A stretch of DNA of 33,000 bases. It comes from Octopus sinensis (Eukaryota). Below are positions 9,388 to 19,768 of the stretch, in pieces. A model generated the notes under the pieces. That model ran no database searches. It worked only from the letters and a program-made list of their open reading frames with translations, and had not been told where the DNA came from. The translations under genes were made by a program, and so were the position numbers. The stretch's first letter is position 1, and every line of letters starts with the position of its first letter. Location: the NCBI RefSeq assembly GCF_006345805.1, contig NW_021832430.1:434001-467000 (forward strand), written 5' to 3'.

Positions 9388-11881
9388 ATGTTTGTGTCAA
9401 AGTTGTTGATTGAAATCCCTTTTAAAAAGACAAAGCCTTTAAGTTTGTTCCAGCAATTAAAATACCTTTTACTGAGTTGCAACAACGTTGATTCTTCTGA
9501 ATTTACCCCAGGCCTAGAAAAAATAGACACACTAAGATGTCAGCTGCTAGAAATATCTGTGAATGAAGAATCCCTCGATTTCCTCTACAGGTATACCATT
9601 ATCTCAATTAACCTAAAAATATCAGATACTACGACACGATCTTCGCATTCCTGCAAGTAATTCCCAGAGAATTTGCATCCAGGGCTTGAATAAATATTTT
9701 TATTTTATAGAGATTAAACAATCTTGTTTGGAAACCTGTCTGCGGAGAAAAAAAGTGGAAATTTTGCGAATCTTCTTCTAGTACTGCCTAAAGTATATTC
9801 TTAGAGTCTACGAGCCTGGAATATGAGGCATGTGCGGTTCTCTTTGCTATTGCAGCCATCCAGACATCAATCTGTGGTTTGTTTGATCTAAACAATCACG
9901 ATAATCTCCAAAAATGCACAAGACTACTTCAGGTTCCCATGTATTTCCTAACATTCAGCGTTCGGCGGGAATATTCGAAATGTTAGGAGACGTGGTGGAG
10001 TCTAGATTAGGCGATACAATGACGGAGGATCTTTCCCCGCCTTTTTTGAACTGCCTTTCTTCTGTGGCTCTCTATCTGGCCCACTGCTGTATCATAGAGA
10101 AGGCAATTTCTTCTAGTTTGCATTAAACTTATTAAAAATAGAATCCTCAAACGATTTGCTGGCGAAACTGTTTTCTGAGGGTGTCAGGCTGTCTGGTTCT
10201 GCCTTGAGTGCCTGCTCGTGTGTCAAGATACCTGATGTAAGGAGTTGTAATATCGGTAGGAGTGGAGGGATAGTATCACTCGGGCGAATGTATACTTTAA
10301 TGCTCAAAGCAACTACTTTCAGTCAATCGGGGACGAACTTAAGGGTGCCTATGGGTTGAGAGTGGCCAGACTTAAGGTATGAAGTTCTTTCATTATTTTA
10401 GATTGCCTTTCAGTTCAGTACGCAATGCAAATTGTCTGATTTAAGCGACTATGAAAGACACCTTTCCAAGGCCATAAAAGAAAACGATTTGATCTACCAC
10501 GAGGCAGTGCCCGATGAACCACACATCCCTCCGATTCCTTCAGTTTCAGTAGTAAATCCAATTCTTCCATGCTTTCCTTTTACGTCGATAGAAAGTATAT
10601 TTGTCCGATTAGTTAGATCCGTTTTCTGATATTACATCACCTGCAGTGACTCTAGCAAAAAGTCGACTTAGCGGATTATGGAATGAGTTTATCGGTCATT
10701 CTCACCACCAATTGGTCTCCCGAATTACCGAACTTGACGAGTCTATAAAATAAAATTATTTTAGAATCTTGAAAAAATATTGCTTGCCTGCAGTCTTAGA
10801 AAATAAGGACTCGGGAATTCCGGAATGTGTGATAAAAATGTGCGAAAAGGTGCAACTTTATCAGAGTGACATCCCCGTCGAGGACAATCTTAAAAAACTT
10901 CATTACAGCCACGAAAGTTGTAGTCGATTGTTTTCGCAGGTTTTGAGTATCTTAGCAATCTAGTCGAGTGACTGTCTTAGACAAGAAGAGTTTTTCGACG
11001 ACAAACAGCGAAATATATACCGGTCGTATTGGACACGCATGTCCTCCTCGAATTTGACATCCTCGTTCTGGTCACAGTTGAAAACATTGGAAAATAGAGT
11101 CGAATTAGCTCAAACTGCAGACATAGAAATATCCACGTTGTATGAGAAGTGTAAAACCGCGGTTGAGATACTCGGGCGTTCGATAGAGGAAATTGAGATG
11201 GAAATGCCCTCCATTTCTCGAGCTAGAAGATGCTGTGATGATGTGTCCATATCAAGATTAAAGGAACTTTTGCAAAATGTAGAAGAACAAAAGAAAGCTG
11301 CCGAACTGCTGAAAGATGTTATGAACAATGCAGATTTGACCCCGCATGGTAATTGGTATGATGAGGATTTATAGTTGCACGGTTTAAAAAGAGAGATCGA
11401 GACCAACTGGACTTTGACGTTGATGGTGAATTTATTCTCCTGAAAGATTCGTTCAATTCTCAGGTCAAGTCGATTCTGAACTCGTTCGAGGGTTTTCTTG
11501 CTGAAATTCGAGTTTTGCTGTATTGACTAATATTAGCACATTTGTGAGACTCGTGGTTTTTCTGTTTCAGCGAACATTCCTGATAGTCCTTCTATCGCCA
11601 GTAGAGAAGAATTCGTTACTTATTTAACATGTGGTTACAATGATTTTCAAAAAGTAACTTTCCATATCAAAGAAGGACTCAATGTTTGTTTGATGTATAA
11701 CCTGCCAGTTTTATGGAACTGTTATAAACTACCTTGAACGGCTCAATTCTTCCATTCAAGACTATTGTTATTCGAGGTCGATAGAAGCTCAGGATCTTCT
11801 TGCTCAATTAAAAACTCTGAATATCCGCGGAGGTTTTTGTGTCTGATATTTTTAGAAAATAATTCTCCCTACCCTCGTTAA
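9388..11881 (+). CDS. PDCD6IP: BRO1 + V-domain protein (ALIX/PDCD6IP-like, ~712 aa, 15 exons)
   Basis: IPFKKTKPLSL..RYYD, SLEYEACAVLF, AIKENDLIYHEAVP, YCLPAVLE and IKEGLNFY align in order with the ALIX Bro1 and V domains. 14 introns of 22-35 nt give a spliced length of 2139 nt, in frame. The last 23-nt intron (gtttttgtg..tttag) leads to the mini-exon ENNSPYPR*. Confidence 0.85.
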
Positions 11882-12620
11882 TTGCAATAATAAATTTGTT
11901 ATTTGCTTGATATTATTTTAGTTTTACTTTTATTACTTATTTGTGCACTTTTGAGGTTTAAAATATCTATTTGTGTAACTCTGATTTCGTGAAATGTTGT
12001 AATTAATAGAATCCCTCTAATATTATAAGCAGACATGACATTTACCGTAACAACTAATTATGTTAGGAAAACTTCTAAACTAGAATTTAATTAAGGATAT
12101 ACAAAAATAAAAGAATATATTGTTGAATTTAAAACCAATTAGTCGAATTCATTAACCAACAACCTGTAGCCAGAGCATTATCCTTGGTTAAGGCTAACTA
12201 TAATCTCTATAGGCCATAGTACGTGGAAACTGTGTTTCCATTTACGAGGCCGGAAATTTAGTTAGTTAATAACTATTTGTTAATTACATATAACTTTTTC
12301 ATCTCTATAGGTGAAGATGTTCTTTTGAGAAATCAATAATTTAACATCCACGAAAGAATATTATTTCACACATGTCATGTCTCAAACCTTATTCCTCGAC
12401 TTTTCAAATAAAAAGGTTCATTCAATCAGGTTTCCTATTATTTCAAGAGAATCTTTGAACACGTTCCAAATGGCACTGAAAGCTTTCAATTTTTTGAAAA
12501 AGCAGATGATTTTATTCAAAATATCGCGACCTAATGAATGTTCAGTTTTGTACGATGTTTTAGACTTTCCAAGTTCTCTTCAGCATATAGTCGGAGATTT
12601 TTGTTTCAAACCATATAGAG

Positions 12621-13716
12621 CAGCGGTTCTCAACCGTGGTCCCCGGGGACCACTAGTGGTCCCCAGAAAATTTTTAGTGGTCCCCAGGAATTTTCGAAAA
12701 AAAATATATAAAGTTAAAACTAATTGTACAATTAAGTATAAATCAAAAACATTGAAATTAATCAAGCGGTTTTCAATCGTGGTCCCCAGAAAATTTTTAG
12801 TGGTCCCCAGGAATTTTCGCAAAATAACAATATATTAAATTAAAACTAATTGTACAATTAAGTATAAATCAAAAACATTGAAATTAATCTAATTGATTTG
12901 ATTAGCGTGGTTTATCATTCTAGTTATGGTTAACAAGAATCGTCGTCTTTGGTCGGATTCTTACGTACAATTTGGATTCACTAATTCATTGCCCCAAATA
13001 ATGAAATAAAGGCAAAATGCATGATTTGCCATAAAATTTTGGAAACAATTCACTGAAACCTTCTCAACTTAGGCGCCACAAAGAGTCTGTACACCCAGAA
13101 AATTCCTGTTGAAGACCCAATTCCAAACTGGATCGTTCAACCTTTCTTGACCTCATTTAAAGAATATCAGGAACTCAATTTTCAGCAGAGCTTGATTGAA
13201 CTTCAATGTAATCAGTCTGCTCAGATTATTTTCAAATGTACTTCATTATTAGATTTTTGGTATTCTCATTAATAATTACTTTTTATTGTTAGGTGTCAGA
13301 TGGCAAAAGAATTCCCCATTTTGAGTAAAACTGCATTGGAATCAATACTTGCATTCCCCACTACTTATCACTGTGAAATGGCGATGTCGTGTCTGACTTT
13401 TCTAAAAACAAAATATAGAAATAGACTACGGGTACAAGATGATATGCGAGTAGCTTTGTCGAACATAGAGCCTGATATAAGTAAAATTATTCTGAGCAAA
13501 CAAGATCAGAAATCTCACTAAATTACTATTAAATTTTCTGTTATTTTCATAATGTTCATGTTATTTTTATAATAATATTCGAACATGTCTAAACCTGGCC
13601 CTGGCGAGGCCAAAAATGTGCGCTAATACCAAAAAGTTGTTATTTTATTTAAGGTGGTCCCCACAAAATTTTATAGTGCAAAAGTGGTCCCCAGTCTAAA
13701 AGGTTGAGAACCGCTG
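12621..13716 (+). mobile_element. Non-autonomous hAT (Buster/Charlie group) element, 1096 bp
   Basis: Perfect 15-bp TIR CAGCGGTTCTCAACC and perfect 8-bp TSD ATATAGAG (12613-12620 / 13717-13724, nnnTAnnn). GTGGTCCCC subterminal repeats. Remnants of a BED finger (~12970-13095) and the C-terminal dimerisation domain (13300-13521, FPTTYHCEMAMS..KTKYRNRL). Confidence 0.93.
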
Positions 13717-13994
13717 ATATAGAGTCTCTTGTAATTTGGGAAACGATTATATAGTGTCTATGCCGGCTTTTAAAGTAAGAATCGCACGAGCTGCACGATT
13801 TTGTCAGTAAACTTCTAGCCTCATGAGTCATGAGAGATTTCAGTTTGTGTTTATTTCGAACTAGCTCAGCAGTTCGCTTCGCTCACTGCGAGCTAGCTCC
13901 TGCGGAGGCCCTGCTCGCTACGCTCGCAGTTTCCTTAAATAACTATAAATTTATGTAGATATATAAATGCGACCTGCTTTGATATAACCTTATT

Positions 13995-14875
13995 CTAAGG
14001 CCTGTGGATAAACGATGTTTGCAGTCCGTCCATCCTTGGCAAATATAAATAAATTTCTCTTCTACCTACCCTTGAGCACCCCACATACAGCTGGCCATGT
14101 GAAAAGCACTCGTTCTCTAAAAATAAGCCTACTACCTTTAAAGACTGTCCCTGGGCCTTGTTTATTGTCATAGCAAAACTTATCTTCAGCGGAAATTGTA
14201 GTCTCTTAAATCTATCGCAGGCCCTTTCATGGTCCATAATAACGTCGACCGATTTATATATTCTTTCTCTGCCAGGGATTTTCATTAATAAATCTAAATT
14301 TATATTAAGTACCTCATCATTAAGTGGAGCTAATATAGCTCGTTCACGCAGCCAGTCGAAATTCACGTAGTGTTCAGATAGTTCGGAATAGACGGCATTC
14401 AATAATTCTTCTGCTGTTTCTACGAAATTACATAATTCTTCCGGTAGCCTAATTTTCTGGTCGTGCATTTCTGAAGTGATTGCCCCATTTCCAATATCTA
14501 GAAGGATTTGTGGGAATATGCTATTAACGCCTTGTAAATGTGCATGTACATTTACATCTAAGCTTACCTTTTTCACGTGTGTCCACAAATATGACGATTT
14601 GAGGCAGGCATTCAATTCATCCGCAGGCGTCCCTCTTTGAATAATTGGCAGCGTCTGTCTAAAATCACCTGCCAATACAACTAATGCTCCCCCAAACAAA
14701 TGGTCGCTACAATTCTTGATATCTCTATATGTTCGGTCAACTGCTTGAATGCGCCTTTATGAGCCATCGTACATTCATCCCAAACAATTAACCTAGAATG
14801 CATAATTCTATTACCCGTAGTTGAGTCTAACAGCAGTCCTGACCTGTTCAGCTGTTGTCTAAGTTCCCTCACCAT
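13995..14875 (-). pseudogene. Helitron PIF1-family helicase remnant
   Basis: LIVWDECTMAHK, FGGALVVLAGDFRQTLP, ERAILAPLNDEV, RLQFPLKISFAMTINKAQGQSL and FSHGQLYVGCSRV. There is a frameshift near 14690, and the LLRNL..LCNGTRL segment is deleted. Confidence 0.9.
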
Positions 14876-15509
14876 TTAAGCACATCTTCCCTCGTTTCTC
14901 TTTTTTTGTTATATGGTTCATATTCTCTTGTTTGTTAACATTCTCAGATCTCTCTTTATAGGACATTCTTATGATTTTGTAAACGCGAATCAGTAATTTA
15001 TATTAAATTTTCTACGTAAATTTATTTAGTGAAATTTATGTAAAGTGTATTATCCAATCAAAGCCATTATACTTAATTGCCTCTATGTTTAAAGGAATTG
15101 AAACTTTAGCATAATCGAACTTGTCTGTTTCGGTAAAGAAAATGATAATCAGCTTCATCTTTGTAGTATTATAAGGAAAAAATTAAAGCCTGTTAAATCA
15201 AGGAGATTTAATATAGGCAAATTGAAATTTACATGACTAATTTAAATTTTATTTGCCTCTATCTTTTAAGAAATCTAAACAGTAGCATAATCGAATTTGT
15301 CAGTTTCGGCAGTTAAAAAGAATCAATTATGTAAATCTCTAATAATTTTTGCTTTTTCCTTTTTAGTGGTTTTCAAAATCTGATAATTGCACAGTCTATT
15401 CATGGTCGATAACAATTAGAGCTTTTATTTTATTTTTTTAACGAAAATTTAACAAAAAAGAATTTATGTCATCGAAAAAAGATAGCTAAGCTAATTAATG
15501 GCCTCACGA

Positions 15510-16679
15510 GGCTTGAAGGTTGTGGAGGACCTCATCATGTGAGTCGAGGACTTTCTTGTCGTTCATTTTAACAAAAACGCAGAAAATATTTTTTTTTAAT
15601 TTTTGGGCTTGAAGGTTTTGGGGGACCACATCATGTGAGTCGAGGACTTTCTTGTTGTTCATTTTAACAAAAACGCAGAAAATAATTTTTTTTAATTTTT
15701 TGGCTTGAAGGTTTTGAGGGACCACATCATGTGAGTCGAGGACTTTCTTGTTGTTCATTTTAACAAAAACGCAGAAAATAATTTTTTTAATTTTTTGGCT
15801 TGAAGGTTTTGAGGGACCACATCATGTGAGTCGAGGACTTTCTTGTTGTTCATTTTAACAAAAACGCAAAAATAATTTTTTTTAATTTTTTGGCTTGAAG
15901 GTTTTGGGGGACCACATCATGTGAGTCGAGGACTTTCTTGTTGTTCATTTTAACAAAAACGCAGAAAATAATTTTTTTAATTTTTTGGCTTGAAGTTTTG
16001 GGGGACCACATCATGTGAGTCGAGGACTTTCTTGTTGTTCATTTTAACAAAAACGCAGAAAATAATTTTTTTTATTTTTTTGGCTTGAAGGTTTTGGGGG
16101 ACCACATCATGTGAGTCGAGGACTTTCTTGTTGTTCATTTTAACAAAAACGCAGAAAATAATTTTTTTTAATTTTTTGGCTTGAAGGTTTTGGGGGACCA
16201 CATCATGTGAGTCGAGGACTTTCTTGTTGTTCATTTTAACAAAAACGCAGAAAATAATTTTTTTTTAATTTTTTGGCTTGAAGGTTTTGGGGGACCACAT
16301 CATGTGAGTCGAGGACTTTCTTGTTGTTCATTTTAACAAAAACAACGCAGAAAATAATTTTTTTTTAATTTTTTGGCTTGAAGGTTTTGGGGGACCACAT
16401 CATGTGAGTCGAGGACTTTCTTGTTGTTCATTTTAACAAAAACGCAGAAAATAATTTTTTTTAATTTTTTGGCTTGAAGGTTTTGGGGGACCACATCATG
16501 TGAGTCGAGGACTTTCTTGTTGTTCATTTTAACAAAAACGCAGAAAATAATTTTTTTAATTTTTTTGCTTGAAGGTTTTGGGGGACCACATCATGTGAGT
16601 CGAGGACTTTCTTGTTGTTCATTTTAACAAAAACGCAGAAAATTGACTTGAAGGTTTTGGGGGACCTCATCATCGAGGA
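15510..16679. repeat. Tandem satellite, ~96-bp unit, 12 full copies plus a partial
   Basis: Unit ggcttgaaggttttgggggaccacatcatgtgagtcgaggactttcttgttgttcattttaacaaaaacgcagaaaataattttttttaatttttt; copies differ mainly in homopolymer length. Confidence 0.97.
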
Positions 16680-16820
16680 TATTCTTTCTTATTAAAATTT
16701 TTTGACAGGAAGGTTCTTAAGGATATCAACCTTTTATTGTGCCTCATTATCGAATAACTACAAAAGGGAAGGTTTTTGACAATTTGATCTGGTTTGTAAC
16801 AATTTGAATGTGGGTGTGCA

Positions 16821-16868
16821 CAGACGACAGACAGACAGACAACACAGACAGACAGACAGAACACACAC
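16821..16868. repeat. (CAGA)n / (CA)n microsatellite near the Helitron 5' end
   Basis: cagacgacagacagacagacaacacagacagacagacagaacacacac. Confidence 0.9.
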
Positions 16869-16917
16869 CATACCATTTTATTATTAAGATTAGAGCCTGT
16901 ACATCCTTTATCAAATT

Positions 16918-17075
16918 GAGCAGTTTCCTGCCTTTTTTATACTGGAGACCAATTTTTCACTATAAAATTTTGTGGGGATCATTTTGAATAAAATAAACAT
17001 TTTTTGCTATTAGAGCACAATTTTTGGCCTCGTCAGGGGAACGTTTATTCATGTTCAACTATTTATTATATAAAA
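16918..17075 (-). mobile_element. Diverged inverted copy of the right end of the 12621-13716 hAT family
   Basis: The reverse complement (cccctgacgaggccaaaaattgtgctctaatagc..tgatccccacaaaattttatagtgaaaaattggtctccagt) aligns by eye at roughly 75-80% with ~13560-13716. Confidence 0.8.
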
Positions 17076-18343
17076 TTAACGTAATTATCGACTTATTCTT
17101 AGTGTAGGCAATAATATGAGGTTTTTCACAACAGAAATCTAGTGTAGGCTAAATCTACCCAGCTAGATAAATTTTTATTTGAAAAATAGTTGAAAAATTT
17201 TTTTCTTCAAACAAAATTTAAAAAATAATTAAGAGAATGACAACCAAGAGAATACTTTTTAAAATTTCCTAGAAATTTTTGATTTTTTGCCAAAATTGTT
17301 AGTTAGTTAGTTATGTTACCTCGGCTTCACTAACACGTAGGAAGCCGGCTGCAATCAGGTAGCGAGACGCGAAGATCGGGCGCTCCCAGAGATCCCGAAT
17401 CCCAATAGGCGGAGACAAGTGAGGCGGTCCAGCACAGGGGAAGAGGTCTTCGGGGGTGAAGGAACGGTATGTTTCGAAAATGAGTGGATGATGTCCTGAG
17501 CGAATCTGAGCAAGCTGGACACGGAGATATCTGCCGAGTGATAGCCAAAATTGTGGTGAGCAGTAGAGGTTTTACTGTATTAAGAATTTCTAATATCCTG
17601 AAAAGCAAGTATTCTCCATATTTGCTGAGCAACAAAGCAATCAAGAAAGTTTCAAACCCATTGAGTTCAATAGGTGTTTGAGAACTAGGGTGGATGCCCG
17701 AACACTGACTTCGATTGTTGTTCAGCATTAAAAAATGATATTGTGATTCACGATAAGGTTAAAGGGAAGATCATCATCGTGAAAGTGGTCATAAAACGGC
17801 TAGATCGTTTGCAGGCAGTATAAGTAAAGAATAGGAGGAAATATACATCTCCGCAAAAGAAGAGACAGCACCTTCTCAAAAATGAGCTAAGGCTGATCCA
17901 CTAGTTCAAAGTCCACTTCATCGAGTGGTAGAGACTGGTCACCAAACACCATAAGGATATTTAGGTCAGATTGGTATGTTCCTTCAAATTTATGTGCAGT
18001 AAACTATCTTTTTCCTGACTTGAAAAACATTTTATTACTAATTGCTGAGCCAGGCTTTTCTTGACATTTAATCACGATAAGGACAGTACCTTCTCCGGAA
18101 GTTTCAGGTCCATACAAGAGAATATATTAGAGGGAGCAAAACTAGAATTATGTTTCAAAATTAGAATTTATTAGACATGAATTGATCTAGCTATAACAAC
18201 TTATATCGAGTTGTGATAATATCCTATATAGAAATAACCTGTTTAAGCTTTACTCAAAAAAAAGTTACGATACTACAGATACCTTTTTCAGTATTTATGA
18301 AAAAAAGATCTTTTAATTAACAGAATTAAGTTAATTTAACTCA

Positions 18344-18715
18344 TCAACCGACATAGTTAATGACAACCAAATGAAGAATTGCATGTGCAAATAAAAAGTC
18401 GCCAAAAGCACGTTCTGGAAGCAGATCATTGAATAATTTCTTATTGGCAGGATTGGTCTGAATACGGAGGGAGACTGTAAAACATTAAAATAAAGAAATA
18501 CCTCCAAAAATAAAAGAACCTACGCATGAAATAAAGGCAGAGAGAAAGGAATTAAATGGGTATAGTCCAAATAATAAGGCATAAAAGGAAATAATTCCGG
18601 CAACTACTACAACGGTCACTAAATAAGCGTCTATTATTTTCATAGGCTTTGGAGTGTCCCTTTTATAATGTCTCAGCAATTCATAAAGAATAGGAAATAG
18701 TTCACGATCCGACAT
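18344..18715 (-). CDS. DAD1: DAD1/OST2 oligosaccharyltransferase subunit (114 aa, 2 exons)
   Basis: [32 protein letters not shown], then a 27-nt intron at 18475-18501, then [36 protein letters not shown]. Confidence 0.96.
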
Positions 18716-18969
18716 ATGCCACGTCACTTATATATAAATATTAAACAATTTAAAGCTATATTAATGACATAAATTATTAATTGTAAATTAATATTTAGAA
18801 ATCAATTCAAGTAATTCTGTTTTATTCCATGAAATTAAACTCCAAAACATATAAAATTATGATTACCGAATACCTCTTTAATAGTTCAGATATGGAAAAT
18901 TGTTTTTTTATATAATTAATATTAATTTTATTTAAATAAATATGGTTATTTCAATCTTCTTTGTGCTAC

Positions 18970-19584
18970 ATGACTCAAAACAACAAAGAAGGCTCTGAAA
19001 AGTCTTGCACTTCTGGAACAAGGTCGCATTCTTCATCATCGTTTACTGGCTCTTCCAGCCGTAGCAGTTCTCCCGAAGCTGCAGCCGCAATCGAGTCAGT
19101 TCGTGCTGCTCGTACATCTCCGCAAAAGAAGAGACAGTCTCCTCTCCAGGAACATGCACAGTCCCCGCCAATGCGTCCTTTAAAGATATTTATCACAGGA
19201 CTAAGTATGAATGTCAACAAAGACCACATATATGAAATTTTTGGAGTCTATGGGTCTATTTTGAATGTGAACATACCTTCGGATATAACTCATCCGCAAT
19301 TTTCAAAAGGGCATGCTTATGTCACATTTGAGGACCCTGATTCTGCAGAAGATGCTGTTAAGCATTTTAACGACGGTCAAATTGATGGAAAAATGATATC
19401 CGTGTCTTTGTCGGTCACTAGTCGACAAAATAATTCCCGTTATTCTCCCGTTCGTGCACGCCGACCACGATCTCCTGTTCGGCGGTATCGATCTCCTGTC
19501 AAGAAACGGTCCCCTCGTAGAAGACGCTCTCCTCGATACATACGCTCTCGTGGGGGTCGTAGTAGTCGCTCATCTTCTCTATAA
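18970..19584 (+). CDS. RNPS1: RNA-binding protein with serine-rich domain 1 (S-rich, RRM, RS/P tail)
   Basis: RRM KIFITGLSMNVNKDHIYEIFGVYG..HPQFSKGHAYVTFEDPDSAEDAVKHFNDGQIDG matches RNPS1; Ser-rich N-terminus and RSP-repeat C-terminus; ATG at 18970. Confidence 0.9.
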   Translation: MTQNNKEGSEKSCTSGTRSHSSSSFTGSSSRSSSPEAAAAIESVRAARTSPQKKRQSPLQEHAQSPPMRPLKIFITGLSMNVNKDHIYEIFGVYGSILNVNIPSDITHPQFSKGHAYVTFEDPDSAEDAVKHFNDGQIDGKMISVSLSVTSRQNNSRYSPVRARRPRSPVRRYRSPVKKRSPRRRRSPRYIRSRGGRSSRSSSL

Positions 19585-19768
19585 TTTGGCTAACATGTGA
19601 CTTTTAGTTTTCTTTCTTTTATTTTTTAAGGTTTAGAGCTATCTTATTTATGGAAAATACTTCGAATATTTTTTTGGAAATTTAGAAATAAATTTGCTTT
19701 CAATGTTGAAACTTGAGCTGATGAATGTCCATAAACAATTATTGACAGTTTATAAGGTAAAGAAATCA

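Larger units (their letters stand above)
13861..16889 (-). mobile_element. Helitron (non-autonomous, ~3.0 kb) with deleted PIF1 helicase, internal satellite and (CTGT)n microsatellite
   Basis: 5' end A|TCTTAATAATAAAA at 16889 followed by (CTGT)n; 3' end hairpin + CTAG|T at 13861; no TSD, as expected for a Helitron. Treating it as a single element is an inference. Confidence 0.7.

Noticed and set aside
12377-12838. 153-aa and 80-aa ORFs
   Set aside because: They cross the hAT boundary and translate subterminal repeats; no homology is recognisable.
15600-16670. GTGGTCCCC shared between the satellite and the hAT subterminal repeats
   Set aside because: Only a 9-mer plus an A-run with no further alignment; insufficient to claim common origin.
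15504-16876. Repetitive ORFs (MNNKKVLDSHDVVPQNLQAKK..) and a possible CRISPR-like array
   Set aside because: These are translations of a 96-bp satellite with frameshifts from homopolymer variation. There are no unique spacers, no cas genes, and the context is eukaryotic.
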